64,000 bases of DNA from Candidatus Poribacteria bacterium. Its GTDB lineage: Bacteria > Poribacteria > WGA-4E > WGA-3G. Where the stretch lies: NCBI GenBank assembly GCA_964291315.2, contig OZ219753.1, forward strand, positions 1,888,001 through 1,952,000, read 5' to 3'. A model generated the notes under the pieces. The model worked only from the letters and a program-made list of their open reading frames with translations. It did not search any database and was not told where the DNA came from. The translations under genes were made by a program, and so were the position numbers. How positions within the stretch are numbered: position 1 is the first letter of the stretch; each line of letters opens with the position of its first letter. Of the stretch, positions 50,273 to 60,412 are shown one piece after another.

Positions 50273-50902
50273 ATGCAGAACAAGTGGCTCATAATTTACG
50301 CCTCGATCCTCTTATCCACCGCCTTGATCGGATGGGGCAGCGGATGGACACGCTTCGTGAAAACCGGCAACGAAGCATATTCGCACGCACGTTACGACGA
50401 AGCACATACCGCTTTTCAGCAAGCAACCCTTGAAAACACCGACAACCCCATTCCACCTTACAACCTCGGCACCGCACTCTATAAAAAACATAGATTTCAA
50501 GAGGCAACCCGCGCATTTCAGGAAGCACTCTCAAGACACAGCACGCAGACCGAAGACCTCCCACATCTCGCGGATATCTATTACAATCTGGGAAACGCCC
50601 AATTTAAAATGGGCGACCTCAGAGATTCCATCGAATCTTACAAACACACTCTCCGATTGAATCCACAAGACACCGATGCCCAATACAACCTCGCATTGGC
50701 ACAGCAACTCCTCAGACAGCAGGCTGAAGCACCACAACAGCAACCGAACGAAAAGGCTGCACACCAAACCGAACCCCGAAAAGGCAGCGAGGCAGAAGCC
50801 CTGCGCCACTTGGAACGTTTGAGTCAGAATGAAAATAGACTACGGCAAAAATTACTACACAAACAGAGCAAAAGTGGGCCTCGGCGTGAAAAAGATTGGT
50901 AA
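50273..50902 (+). CDS. TPR protein, BatC-like
   Basis: TPRs (YNLGTALY, YYNLGNAQF, AQYNLALA); C-terminal EKDW. Confidence 0.85.
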   Translation: MQNKWLIIYASILLSTALIGWGSGWTRFVKTGNEAYSHARYDEAHTAFQQATLENTDNPIPPYNLGTALYKKHRFQEATRAFQEALSRHSTQTEDLPHLADIYYNLGNAQFKMGDLRDSIESYKHTLRLNPQDTDAQYNLALAQQLLRQQAEAPQQQPNEKAAHQTEPRKGSEAEALRHLERLSQNENRLRQKLLHKQSKSGPRREKDW

Positions 50903-52700
50903 GCTACCCCGCGCTTTTGTAGCACACATCAGCAGTTTGCGCCGTACCACGCTGAAATGCACCAGGAAATCACCCAAAAAAACGCCTAAACCAACCTGGG
51001 CACTCCTTCTCTTCCTAACACTCCCCTTTTTGGCAGCTGCCCAACAGATGCAAAACACAGTAGCAGCGCAACCCACTGTCAATATCGCAGCCGTCATCAA
51101 ACCGCGCCACATCCAATTCGGAGAAAAGGCGCGCTTGGAACTCACAATCTCCGGGAATACCCATATCCAACACATCAAAACGCCCAAATTCAACTTTTTA
51201 CCCGCGTTCCTCGCAGTCCCAATCCACTCCCAAACCATACCACAACTCGAAGCAGACAAAATCGCCGTCTCCATGGCATGGATCTATGAACTTATCCCAC
51301 AAGCCGTCGGCGACTTCGCCCTCTCCGACATCCGTTTCGCCTATCAAGACAATCTCTATTTCGCCAACCCAGGTTCAATCCGTGTCACCGGCGCTGACAC
51401 CTACCACGAAGCCTCAACCGGCGGCGTTCACCGCATCGAAGTCCAAGTCGATACCGAAAAACCGTACCTCAACGCCCCCTTTAACTATACCTTCCGCTAC
51501 CTCTACACCACCGTACTCCCCACTCGCGACACACTAACCCCGCGACTGCCAACGTTTCACAACTGCTCCCTCGGGAAATCGCAAAAACCACCCTTATATA
51601 CACGCAACGTTCGCGGGAAAACATTTTGGGTCAACGAACAAACACACACCTTATATCCACAGAAAACCGGACTGATAAACCTTCAACCCGCCGAACTGCT
51701 ATTGCCGCTACCGCAAGCACACAAAATCTTGAAAACCGAACCCTTGACGCTGAACGTGCAACCCATACCGGAAACAGGCAGACCCGCAAACTTCAACGGC
51801 GCCATCGGCGAATACCAAATCTCAGCCCAACTGGAACGCGGACGAATAGAAATCGGACACGCACTCACGCTCACAGTGCATATTGCCGGACGCGGCAACA
51901 TGCAGACAGTCACACCCCCTGAATTGCCAACACTCCCCGGAATCAATGTAAGCGGACCCAATTCCCAAACCGCCGATACATCTGATCTCACGCCTACAAG
52001 CCGAAACTACGTCTATACGCTAACACCAAAACGAATTGGAACACTGCGGATCCCGCCAATTCTCTATAGCTACTTCGATCCGAACCGCGCAACGTATGCA
52101 ACCACGCAGACTGCCGAGATCCCCCTCTCTGTCTATACCGATCCGACGCGTGTGGATCCGAATACCATCGAAAACGACGGGAGAGCTTGGAAAGTCTGGA
52201 TCGTCATCTTAATCGCGAGCGCCCTCTTAATCGCACTGCTTGTCGGATTCCTCCGATATCGTTCGAACTTGAAAATATTTTCAAGACGGGTTGCAAGCCA
52301 CCTGATTGGAAAGACTCCATCCGACCCCGATAAAACGACAGAGATGGAAACCGACACACCAGCAGCACAAGCACAACAGACAATCGCCGCTCTCGCTTCT
52401 ACCAACACCACCACACGCGAAGCAGCTGCGTTCACACATACGCTCACACAAACGCTCTATCGCTACTTAGAAAGCACACTGCCACTCTCACAACCCAATA
52501 TAGAGACCCTTCAACAGATAGGCACACACGCACACGTTGCCAACGATGTCCTAGAGGAATTGGTCGATCTCTTAAAGAAGTGTGACTACTATCGATTTGC
52601 CCCTGTACCGCTCAGTAACTACGAACGGGATACCCTCATCACTCGCGCTCAAGCCATCATCGACCATATTGAAAACCGCCAAAACGCTCATAGCAAGTGA
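50829..52700 (+). CDS. BatD-family protein (true start probably downstream, e.g. TTG 50937)
   Basis: FNGAIGEYQI, GRGN, YSYFDP, single TM, CDYYRFAP. Confidence 0.8.
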   Translation: MKIDYGKNYYTNRAKVGLGVKKIGKLPRAFVAHISSLRRTTLKCTRKSPKKTPKPTWALLLFLTLPFLAAAQQMQNTVAAQPTVNIAAVIKPRHIQFGEKARLELTISGNTHIQHIKTPKFNFLPAFLAVPIHSQTIPQLEADKIAVSMAWIYELIPQAVGDFALSDIRFAYQDNLYFANPGSIRVTGADTYHEASTGGVHRIEVQVDTEKPYLNAPFNYTFRYLYTTVLPTRDTLTPRLPTFHNCSLGKSQKPPLYTRNVRGKTFWVNEQTHTLYPQKTGLINLQPAELLLPLPQAHKILKTEPLTLNVQPIPETGRPANFNGAIGEYQISAQLERGRIEIGHALTLTVHIAGRGNMQTVTPPELPTLPGINVSGPNSQTADTSDLTPTSRNYVYTLTPKRIGTLRIPPILYSYFDPNRATYATTQTAEIPLSVYTDPTRVDPNTIENDGRAWKVWIVILIASALLIALLVGFLRYRSNLKIFSRRVASHLIGKTPSDPDKTTEMETDTPAAQAQQTIAALASTNTTTREAAAFTHTLTQTLYRYLESTLPLSQPNIETLQQIGTHAHVANDVLEELVDLLKKCDYYRFAPVPLSNYERDTLITRAQAIIDHIENRQNAHSK

Positions 52701-52786
52701 GCAGATACTAAAATCAGCAGTTAGAATCAAATCTGCACTATAGCAACTCTTAACACTTTGACAACACCCGAAAGGAGTCATGAAAA

Positions 52787-53293
52787 ATGGAAATACTCTC
52801 ACTTTTTGTTCTCTGGTTGCACGTCATCGCTGCCGTTACCTGGATCGGCGGCAACCTCATCTTAGCCACAGTAATTGTGCCACACTTCAGGCAGAACCTA
52901 CCGCCTGTCCAACGCATCCAACTGCTAACACAGATAGGCAAACGTTTTGAACCCATCGTGTGGGGCTGTGTCGGTATCCTGTTTTTTACCGGTATTGTTA
53001 ACATCTTCTCTGCTGTAGACCTCACCTCTCCCGATGCACTCTCAGGCGCGTTTATGCGGACACTGCTTATCAAGCTCGGACTCTTCTTCCTGCTGGTTAT
53101 CCTTACAGCACTACACGGCATGCTCTTCGCACCGCAACTGTCCGCTGCAATTGAGAACTTGGACCCAGACGCAGAGGAGCTACCGCCCGAACTTAAACCC
53201 CTCCGGGCGCGAATGGCAATAGTATCCAGTCTGATGGGCGGCGTCTCCCTACTCGTCTTGCTCGCCGCAGTCGCCCTCCGCATGGGAATCTGA
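52787..53293 (+). CDS. CopD/DUF4149-like 4-TM membrane protein
   Basis: WLHVIAAVTWIGG, TGIVN, LLIKL. Confidence 0.75.
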   Translation: MEILSLFVLWLHVIAAVTWIGGNLILATVIVPHFRQNLPPVQRIQLLTQIGKRFEPIVWGCVGILFFTGIVNIFSAVDLTSPDALSGAFMRTLLIKLGLFFLLVILTALHGMLFAPQLSAAIENLDPDAEELPPELKPLRARMAIVSSLMGGVSLLVLLAAVALRMGI

Positions 53294-53336
53294 GCTATAC
53301 CGATCAGCTATCAACAACCCGTAATTCACACTTGCC

Positions 53337-53364
53337 GCAGGCGAGGTCTACCTCCCTCGCCTGC
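53337..53364. repeat. perfect 10-bp hairpin upstream of cas6 (REP-like or terminator)
   Basis: GCAGGCGAGG-N8-CCTCGCCTGC. Confidence 0.6.
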
Positions 53365-53382
53365 TAACTTGGAGATAACCTG

Positions 53383-54135
53383 ATGCGAATCAAAATCCTC
53401 GCTGATGTTAAAGGCGGACTCACGCTCCCGATCAACTACAACCACACCCTCACCGGCGTTATCTACCATTACCTTGCCGAATCCGACCCAAAATACGCCA
53501 ATTTCCTACACAAGAAGGGTTACGTCAACGAGCGCAAACAGTTCAAACTCTTCACCTTTTCGCAGCTCATGGCGGAACACAGAAGCCTCATCGGCGACCG
53601 AATCCACTTCGGCTCAACCTTAACCTGGTACGTCTCCTCTCCGGTAGAGACCTTCCTACACCACTTCGCCAATACGCTGCTAACGGGGGGCACCTTGAAC
53701 CTAGGAGAACACCGGCTGCCAATCAAAAATGTTAATGTGCCTCGTACACCGCGCTTCCAACCACAGATGCGTTTTCGGTGCCTCTCCCCGATGGTAATGA
53801 CCACCGTGCGTGAGCGAGCCGGAAAACGAGTCATGCACTACTGCCTCCCGGACGACCCCGCATTCTCCGATCTCGTCCGTCAAAACCTAATTCGCAAGCA
53901 TGAGGTCATCCACGGCCGTCACCCAACCGATGCGACCTTCACCCTCGAATTCGACAAGAATTACATCGCTAGAAGACACGGGCGCGTCACACGTCTCGTA
54001 GACTACAAAGGTGTCAAAATCCGGGGGATCTTATGTCCACTGACTATTTCTGGCAGTAGGGCATTGATTCAAACCGGCTACGAGTGCGGCTTCGGCGACA
54101 AGAACAGCGCCGGCTTCGGCATGGTAGAAGTCTAA
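53383..54135 (+). CDS. cas6: CRISPR endoribonuclease Cas6
   Basis: LPINYNH, FKLFTFSQL, G-rich loop GFGDKNSAGFGMV. Confidence 0.95.
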   Translation: MRIKILADVKGGLTLPINYNHTLTGVIYHYLAESDPKYANFLHKKGYVNERKQFKLFTFSQLMAEHRSLIGDRIHFGSTLTWYVSSPVETFLHHFANTLLTGGTLNLGEHRLPIKNVNVPRTPRFQPQMRFRCLSPMVMTTVRERAGKRVMHYCLPDDPAFSDLVRQNLIRKHEVIHGRHPTDATFTLEFDKNYIARRHGRVTRLVDYKGVKIRGILCPLTISGSRALIQTGYECGFGDKNSAGFGMVEV

Positions 54136-54147
54136 ACAAATTTTAAT

Positions 54148-54176
54148 TTGTATTAAATGGGTAAAGGTTGTATAAT
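54148..54176 (+). promoter_or_regulatory. internal promoter upstream of cas8
   Basis: TTGTAT-N17-TATAAT; AAAGGAGG RBS downstream. Confidence 0.6.
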
Positions 54177-54211
54177 ACATATGTTACATTTTTGAAAGGA
54201 GGTTAGGCTTC

Positions 54212-55624
54212 ATGCCAATCTATGAAAAACTAATGGGAAATCCATTTGTTGATGCCGGGGTATCTGGTATCTGTGAATGGTTGGGACGCAGTGTCCAACC
54301 GGAACAGATTACTGAAAAGGATCTTGGGAAAATTGTCGACGAATTCCTTCCTATGGCGACAAACTGGGAAAAGTGGACTTCAATTTTCACAATAAACCAT
54401 CCATTGACAAACGGTAGAAAGAGCGAGCGTGTGCCACAGTTCAAGAGAAGACTACTTGGATACATTGACCAAACTATAGAGCTCGGAAAAGTTGGGGATT
54501 GTATGGGATGTGGTAGACGTGATGTAGGTGAAACACCTTTACTTGACAGAACAGGAGCTCCTTTAACAGGCGGGAAGAATAGTAACTTTTTCCCGATCTT
54601 TTCAGAGGGAGCCGGTTATTGCGCCGCTTGCAGCTTTGCGATCCAGTTCTTACCTCTTTCCTTAGTTGCGACTGGTAGTAGTGGTGGCAGATTCCTAATG
54701 CTTCACTCCCAGTCTTGGGAACTTATGCAGGTTTGGACAATATGTTGTCTCAAAGGTTTTCGACAACAATACACTCAACAAAAATTGAGCAGCTGTTTTA
54801 AGCCTAATTATGAAAATTCTCGCAACGGTCTGTTTTACATGGTACGAGAGATGATTATCGAACTTGAGGAAAGGCAGCTCGATGACGAAATCGATAAAGA
54901 TGTATCCATGGAGGTCTATTCCTTTACAAATAACAATCAGTACCCTGGTATCGATATTTTTTATATCCCATCTTCAGTCTTTAAATTTCTGTGTCAGGCT
55001 GAACAGAATCCCTATAAAGAGGACTGGCACAGAATTGTCAAAATCGGTTATGGAAAAGGGAGACCTGAAAAACACTACCAGAAAACAAGAAACCTTGTAT
55101 ATGAGTATTTATTAGAAGACAGATCTATTCGTGGTTTTTTTCTCAATCGACGAGAACAAAAATCACGCGGAAATTGGAAATTGCTCTCTCTTTACTTAAT
55201 GGAGGTAAGAAAAATGAAGCCAGCACGGATTGAGAAAATCAAGCAGGTCGGCGATTTAATTGCAGAAAGTATCCGTAAATCTGAAAAACGCGGCAAAACG
55301 AGACTTGGGAATCTTGCAGACGCCGAAACGTACGCCGACTGCCGCAAAGCTTTATTACGCATCGTTGAAGATAGAATTCGGCAAAAAGAAGCTGAACCCT
55401 TATTTTCATTCGATGATTGTGTCGAACATATTTTCATTTCAGACGATGATATTGTAACTTGGAGCGACGAATTGGATGATGGTGAACTAGATGATGAACA
55501 AAAAGAACAGTTCATGCATGCTGTGAGCGATAACGTCACGTTTTGGCGTGAGACTCGCGACCTATTACTCTTTCGGATTTATGAAAAACTTCACAACTGG
55601 TTAACTGAACAGGAGGAAGATTAA
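54212..55624 (+). CDS. cas8b1: type I-B large subunit Cas8b1/Cst1
   Basis: GNPFVDAG, CxxC...CxxC (CMGC, CAAC), position between cas6 and cas7. Confidence 0.85.
   Translation: MPIYEKLMGNPFVDAGVSGICEWLGRSVQPEQITEKDLGKIVDEFLPMATNWEKWTSIFTINHPLTNGRKSERVPQFKRRLLGYIDQTIELGKVGDCMGCGRRDVGETPLLDRTGAPLTGGKNSNFFPIFSEGAGYCAACSFAIQFLPLSLVATGSSGGRFLMLHSQSWELMQVWTICCLKGFRQQYTQQKLSSCFKPNYENSRNGLFYMVREMIIELEERQLDDEIDKDVSMEVYSFTNNNQYPGIDIFYIPSSVFKFLCQAEQNPYKEDWHRIVKIGYGKGRPEKHYQKTRNLVYEYLLEDRSIRGFFLNRREQKSRGNWKLLSLYLMEVRKMKPARIEKIKQVGDLIAESIRKSEKRGKTRLGNLADAETYADCRKALLRIVEDRIRQKEAEPLFSFDDCVEHIFISDDDIVTWSDELDDGELDDEQKEQFMHAVSDNVTFWRETRDLLLFRIYEKLHNWLTEQEED
55214..55624 (+). CDS. cas11: putative internally translated small subunit Cas11
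   Basis: GGAGGT at 55201-55206 and in-frame ATG at 55214; 136-aa helical C-terminal domain. Confidence 0.7.
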   Translation: MKPARIEKIKQVGDLIAESIRKSEKRGKTRLGNLADAETYADCRKALLRIVEDRIRQKEAEPLFSFDDCVEHIFISDDDIVTWSDELDDGELDDEQKEQFMHAVSDNVTFWRETRDLLLFRIYEKLHNWLTEQEED

Positions 55625-55626
55625 CC

Positions 55627-56652
55627 ATGTCTAAGCACCTTATTGGATTAACCCTAATTGATGCGCCTTATTCCGCGTTGAACAATGATGAAGAACCAAG
55701 GAATAGCCGGTATGATAATCAAGTTGTTGTCAAAACCCTTAAGAAAGGACGTAGGCTAGGTATCTATCCCTATGTTTCCGGGCAAGCATGGCGGAACTGG
55801 TGGCGGACCACACTTGTGCATGAGTTTGACAATTGGAATAATTCACCGATTGAGCGCGCAGACAAAGTTGCCTATACTAAGGCTGATCCCGTAACATATG
55901 ATGACGACGATGTGTTTGGGTATATGCGGGCGGAAAAAAGAGAGGACACTGATGTGACAGTAACTCGTTTATCGCCCCTTAAATGTTCCCCCCTTATCTC
56001 CATTTCTCCACAAATTCCAACGAATGATTTTGGAGTCATGGCCCGCCAAGACGGTGATCCTGTACCTTATAAACACCAATTTTACTCTTGTGTTTTACAA
56101 GGCATCTTTTCCTTAAATCTCGACGCAGTTGGTGTGTTCTCAGCTATAAACAGAACAGGCTATAAAAATATTCTCCACAGCTATATTCCAACTATTGAAG
56201 CCGCGCATGGAACAAGAGAGAATGAAAATTCCCCGTGGGTTCTCCCCAAAGAAACTCGCGTTCGGCGTTGTAGACAAACCCTCGAAGCACTTCCTATCCT
56301 TACGGGAGGGGCTAACCTGACTTCACACCTCACTGACGTTACACCGAAATTGATCATTCTATCGGTGCTTAACGGCGGCAACCACCCCTTCATGAACCTG
56401 GTTGTCGAACGAGACGGAGCAGGACAACTCAGTCTTGAGGCACTCCGCGAGGTCGTTAACGATTATGCCGACCGCTTCTGTGATGCAATTTACATCGGCA
56501 GACGCACCGGATTTATGGATGAACGCCATACCGATCTGACTGAATTCGCAAATGACACAGCTCTCCCCTGCGATGTGGTTTACGATACGCCCAACAATGT
56601 CATCGCCCAACTTTCACAAACGCTAGAGAACCACATCGGAGATTCGCCATGA
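55627..56652 (+). CDS. cas7: Cas7/Cst2/DevR backbone subunit
   Basis: YPYVSGQAWRNWWR, DDDVFGYMRA, TRLSPLK, TDVTPK. Confidence 0.93.
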   Translation: MSKHLIGLTLIDAPYSALNNDEEPRNSRYDNQVVVKTLKKGRRLGIYPYVSGQAWRNWWRTTLVHEFDNWNNSPIERADKVAYTKADPVTYDDDDVFGYMRAEKREDTDVTVTRLSPLKCSPLISISPQIPTNDFGVMARQDGDPVPYKHQFYSCVLQGIFSLNLDAVGVFSAINRTGYKNILHSYIPTIEAAHGTRENENSPWVLPKETRVRRCRQTLEALPILTGGANLTSHLTDVTPKLIILSVLNGGNHPFMNLVVERDGAGQLSLEALREVVNDYADRFCDAIYIGRRTGFMDERHTDLTEFANDTALPCDVVYDTPNNVIAQLSQTLENHIGDSP

Positions 56653-57443
56653 AAGTAATTCGGGTTCATCTCACCGGTTGGGTCGCGTCTTTTCGGAATC
56701 CGCTATTTATTAGCGGATTCCAACCGACGCTCCCTTTACCGCCACTCTCGACACTCTATGGATTGCTTACCGCTGCAAAAGGGGACTGGATTACACCACA
56801 TGATGCCAAAATCGGGTTTGTCTTCCAAAGCAACGGGAAAGGGGTTGACCTAGAAACTGTCTACGAGTTTGACCAAACTTTGAGCCCAAAATCTAGGATA
56901 AACCAGCAGCAATCTGGCTCCGGGTCTTCAAGAACGTTCTACTCAATGTCTATGAAACCTAACATAAAAAAACGTGAATTTCTTGTCGATCCCCAACTTT
57001 ATCTCTATAGCCCAGAAATGTGGTTACAAGAAGCATTTGAAAGACCATACTATCCCATACTATTAGGACGATCCTCTGATCTGGCAACTGTGAAATCCAT
57101 AGAGAAAATTGAGTTGGAAAGCAGAACGGAAACAACTTATCGAGACACAATAGTACCCTTTCCTGATCCGCAACTTTATGGACAAATGCTGGCACTCCCT
57201 ACGCACTTCACATCAGAGATACCTCGTAGACCCTGCGGCACCCGCCCTTACTACCTCATAACGGAACCGATTCCGTACACCGGTAATGTATTACATGACC
57301 CTGACATGAATTGGGGAGTCTATCTGCACCAACGCATTCCAGGGGAGTTTGTGATCCCAACTCTTCCAACGAGGAGACCTGTTGACAAAAACCATTCAGT
57401 TCCCGACCTGAACGGAGAACAGATGCCGCTCTTTGACTACTAA
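56649..57443 (+). CDS. cas5: type I-B Cas5 with C-terminal extension
   Basis: ASFRNP, TLPLPPLSTLYGLL, REFL, LLGRSSDL. Confidence 0.93.
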   Translation: MKVIRVHLTGWVASFRNPLFISGFQPTLPLPPLSTLYGLLTAAKGDWITPHDAKIGFVFQSNGKGVDLETVYEFDQTLSPKSRINQQQSGSGSSRTFYSMSMKPNIKKREFLVDPQLYLYSPEMWLQEAFERPYYPILLGRSSDLATVKSIEKIELESRTETTYRDTIVPFPDPQLYGQMLALPTHFTSEIPRRPCGTRPYYLITEPIPYTGNVLHDPDMNWGVYLHQRIPGEFVIPTLPTRRPVDKNHSVPDLNGEQMPLFDY

Positions 57444-57461
57444 TCAATTGGAGGAACTTGC

Positions 57462-59714
57462 ATGTCCATGCTATTGGCAAAGAGTCTTCCCAAAGTGGAA
57501 ACTCTTCACGAACACACAGAGAATTGCCTTGACATATACAACAGCCTCAAAGAACGAATGCCGTTCTTAGCTGAAATTGCAAAAAACCCTGATTTCTTTA
57601 ATCACCTCTTTTATGCCGTTGCACTACACGATTTCGGAAAAGCAGCGACGGGATTTCAAAAGCAACTTACCCATCGTAAGCAATGGAACTACCGCCACGA
57701 GATTCTCTCCGCTGGGTTTGTTGCGGGGCTTCAACTCCACAAATCAGAAAAAGAGGCAATCGGACTTGTCATTTTAACGCATCATAAAGACGTTGATACC
57801 CTCAGACATACCTACCGCCATTATCCTGAGAATATTGAAGGATTTCAAATCTGGCAAGAGAAAATCGAAGAATTAGAAGAACATTGGGAACAGTTAATGA
57901 TAATTCAGAAACAAGTGACTATTTGGTGCCCCATGGAAGAATGTTTATGGACCCCAGTCGCTTCAACTGACCAACTTGTTAACGGTTACCAACATTTTCT
58001 ACTGCCTTATCGTAAGGATAAAAGAAAGACTGAAAGAACCGGTGAAAGGACTTCTTTACACAGCACATACGGCATGCTCCTCCGCGGATGCATGATCGCC
58101 TGTGACCATCTCGCTTCAGCCGGAAAAAACGAAATCCATACCGCACTCGACAACATGGAAGCAAACCTTATACAACACCTCGAAAATAGAATGACAGAAA
58201 GAGGACAACACTTTCAGGACTGGGAGGACTTTCAAAAAACCGCCAGCCAAACAACCACACAACTCATGCTCTCCGCACCAACAGGATCCGGCAAAACCGA
58301 AGCCGCACTCCTCTGGTCACATAAAAACCAGTCTGAAACACTCGGCAACCGTGTTTTCTATGTTTTACCCTACACCGCAAGCATCAATGCCATGTATAAG
58401 CGCATAAAAGAAATTGTATCTGACGAAAAAATCGGTATGCTGCACGGCAAAGCCTCCTACTTCGTTTATCAGCAGCTCGCTGACAAAAGTTGTAACTACC
58501 GAGAAGTCGCAGCCGAAGTCCGAACGCAGCAGAACCTGACCAAAAAAATCTGTCGCCCTTACAAGGTCCTAACCCCCTTTCAGCTCCTGAAAGCCTTCTT
58601 CGGGATCCGCGGCTTCGAAATGCAAATGGCAGAAATGTCTAAAGGGCTCTTTATCTTTGATGAAATCCACGCTTACGACCCGCACACAACCGCCCTCATC
58701 TTAACAATGATGAAGAGACTCAAGAATGACTACGGCGCAAAATTCTGCATCATGACCGCTACAATGCCACACTTCCTCAAACAGAAAATTAGCGAAGTAC
58801 TTGGCGAACCTACACAAATTGAAATGGCAGCCGAAGAACGCGATAAATTTACACGCCACCGGGTGCAATTAATAGATGGAAACATCCAAACTACAACTCC
58901 CTTGATTCGAGAACGCCTCACACAAGGAAATACGGTATTGGTCGTTTGCAATACTGTCCGCCAAGCTCAAACCATGTTTAAAGAATTGCGGGACGTAAGC
59001 GACAACGCAAAAATACTTCACAGCCGATTTATTCTAAAAGACCGCGAGCGGATTGAAAAAGAACTCGATAACACCAATTTACTGGTAGGAACACAAGCAG
59101 TGGAGGTATCGCTGGATATTGATTTCGACTGCCTCTTTTCCGAACCCGCACCCATCGATGCCCTCATCCAACGTTTCGGTCGAATCAACAGAAAACGCCA
59201 AAAAGGAATCTGTGATGTCTACATCTGCAAAAACGGAGGCGAAAACGATCACTTCATCTATTCCACACAAAGAATTCAACGCACCCTAAACGCATTGAGA
59301 ACTGTAGACACCCTGCACGAATCCAAAATTCAGAACCTAATTGATGCTGTCTACTGCAAAGGTTACAATGAAAAGGAACAGGAGAAATATGACAAAGCAG
59401 AACAAGCGTTCGATCACCACCTGAAAAACATTTTTCCCTTTATCGAGGACAAATCCGGACGGGACGAATTTGGGGAACTTTTCAAAAGCATCAGTGTTGT
59501 CCCCTCTATTTTTGAGAACAATTACTTAGCTCATATCACAGCGAAAGAGTATTATGAGGCCATGGCTTATGTGGCACAAATTCACGCCTATCAATTTAAA
59601 CAGCTGCGTCAAGACGGGCAACTCTATGAACTTAAAAAGCAATGGTTCACAAAACTTGACTATGATGAAACACTCGGTCTAATTTTAGAAAAACACAGCA
59701 CAAATATTTTATAG
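57462..59714 (+). CDS. cas3: Cas3 HD nuclease-helicase
   Basis: HDFGK, RHE, HH, DHLAS; APTGSGKT, DEIH, MTAT, QRFGRINR. Confidence 0.96.
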   Translation: MSMLLAKSLPKVETLHEHTENCLDIYNSLKERMPFLAEIAKNPDFFNHLFYAVALHDFGKAATGFQKQLTHRKQWNYRHEILSAGFVAGLQLHKSEKEAIGLVILTHHKDVDTLRHTYRHYPENIEGFQIWQEKIEELEEHWEQLMIIQKQVTIWCPMEECLWTPVASTDQLVNGYQHFLLPYRKDKRKTERTGERTSLHSTYGMLLRGCMIACDHLASAGKNEIHTALDNMEANLIQHLENRMTERGQHFQDWEDFQKTASQTTTQLMLSAPTGSGKTEAALLWSHKNQSETLGNRVFYVLPYTASINAMYKRIKEIVSDEKIGMLHGKASYFVYQQLADKSCNYREVAAEVRTQQNLTKKICRPYKVLTPFQLLKAFFGIRGFEMQMAEMSKGLFIFDEIHAYDPHTTALILTMMKRLKNDYGAKFCIMTATMPHFLKQKISEVLGEPTQIEMAAEERDKFTRHRVQLIDGNIQTTTPLIRERLTQGNTVLVVCNTVRQAQTMFKELRDVSDNAKILHSRFILKDRERIEKELDNTNLLVGTQAVEVSLDIDFDCLFSEPAPIDALIQRFGRINRKRQKGICDVYICKNGGENDHFIYSTQRIQRTLNALRTVDTLHESKIQNLIDAVYCKGYNEKEQEKYDKAEQAFDHHLKNIFPFIEDKSGRDEFGELFKSISVVPSIFENNYLAHITAKEYYEAMAYVAQIHAYQFKQLRQDGQLYELKKQWFTKLDYDETLGLILEKHSTNIL

Positions 59715-59806
59715 GGAATCTTACACTTTGCACCAAACTATAGTGGGTTTTATATGGGACAAACTCATTATTCTGAGGTGTTTTTCTACCCTAAAAGAGG
59801 CACACA

Positions 59807-60316
59807 ATGCAAAACCCAGAATATACCAACATCACCGGCACAGCCATTAACTATCTCTACGTCTGCACACGCAAACTCTGGCTCTATCAACACCATCTTG
59901 AAATGGAGCATACCTCCGAAGCTGTGAACCTCGGACAGCACCTTCACGAACAGAGCTACACCCGTGAAAAACGCAGAGAATGGCGTATCGACGACCTCAT
60001 CCAAATAGACTTTGTCGATAAACACGGCGTCCTTCACGATATCAAGTCCGGCCCAGCGATGGAAACCGCACATATCATGCAGCTCTGTTATTATCTGTAT
60101 CTGCTAAAACAGAAGGGCGTACCCAACCGGAAAGGGGTCATCAACTATCCACGCCAACGCCGCACCACAGAAGTCGAACTCACGCCAGAAAGAGAACAGG
60201 AACTCGAAACCGCCATTGAAAAAGTGAACCACATCGCCACGCTGCCAACACCACCCCATGCCGACTACATGAAAATATGCAAGTCATGTAGTTATCAAGA
60301 GCTCTGTTGGAGCTAA
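59807..60316 (+). CDS. cas4: Cas4
   Basis: YVCTRKLW, QLCYY, CKSCSYQELC. Confidence 0.94.
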   Translation: MQNPEYTNITGTAINYLYVCTRKLWLYQHHLEMEHTSEAVNLGQHLHEQSYTREKRREWRIDDLIQIDFVDKHGVLHDIKSGPAMETAHIMQLCYYLYLLKQKGVPNRKGVINYPRQRRTTEVELTPEREQELETAIEKVNHIATLPTPPHADYMKICKSCSYQELCWS

Positions 60317-60412
60317 AGCGAATAAACACGCGCGGTGTGCTGCCCGCAATATAAACGCTGGCGCACAACTCTTAGCACTTATTCTTATAGCTATGCATCA
60401 AGGAAACAAATT

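Noticed and set aside
50273-52700. batC/batD without batA/batB/moxR as a novel system
   Set aside because: Split bat loci are plausible; missing genes may lie elsewhere in the genome
54058-54078. GCATTGAT match between mini-array spacer and cas6 3' end
   Set aside because: Only 8 nt, misses the first seed positions and lies outside the promoter; compatible with chance
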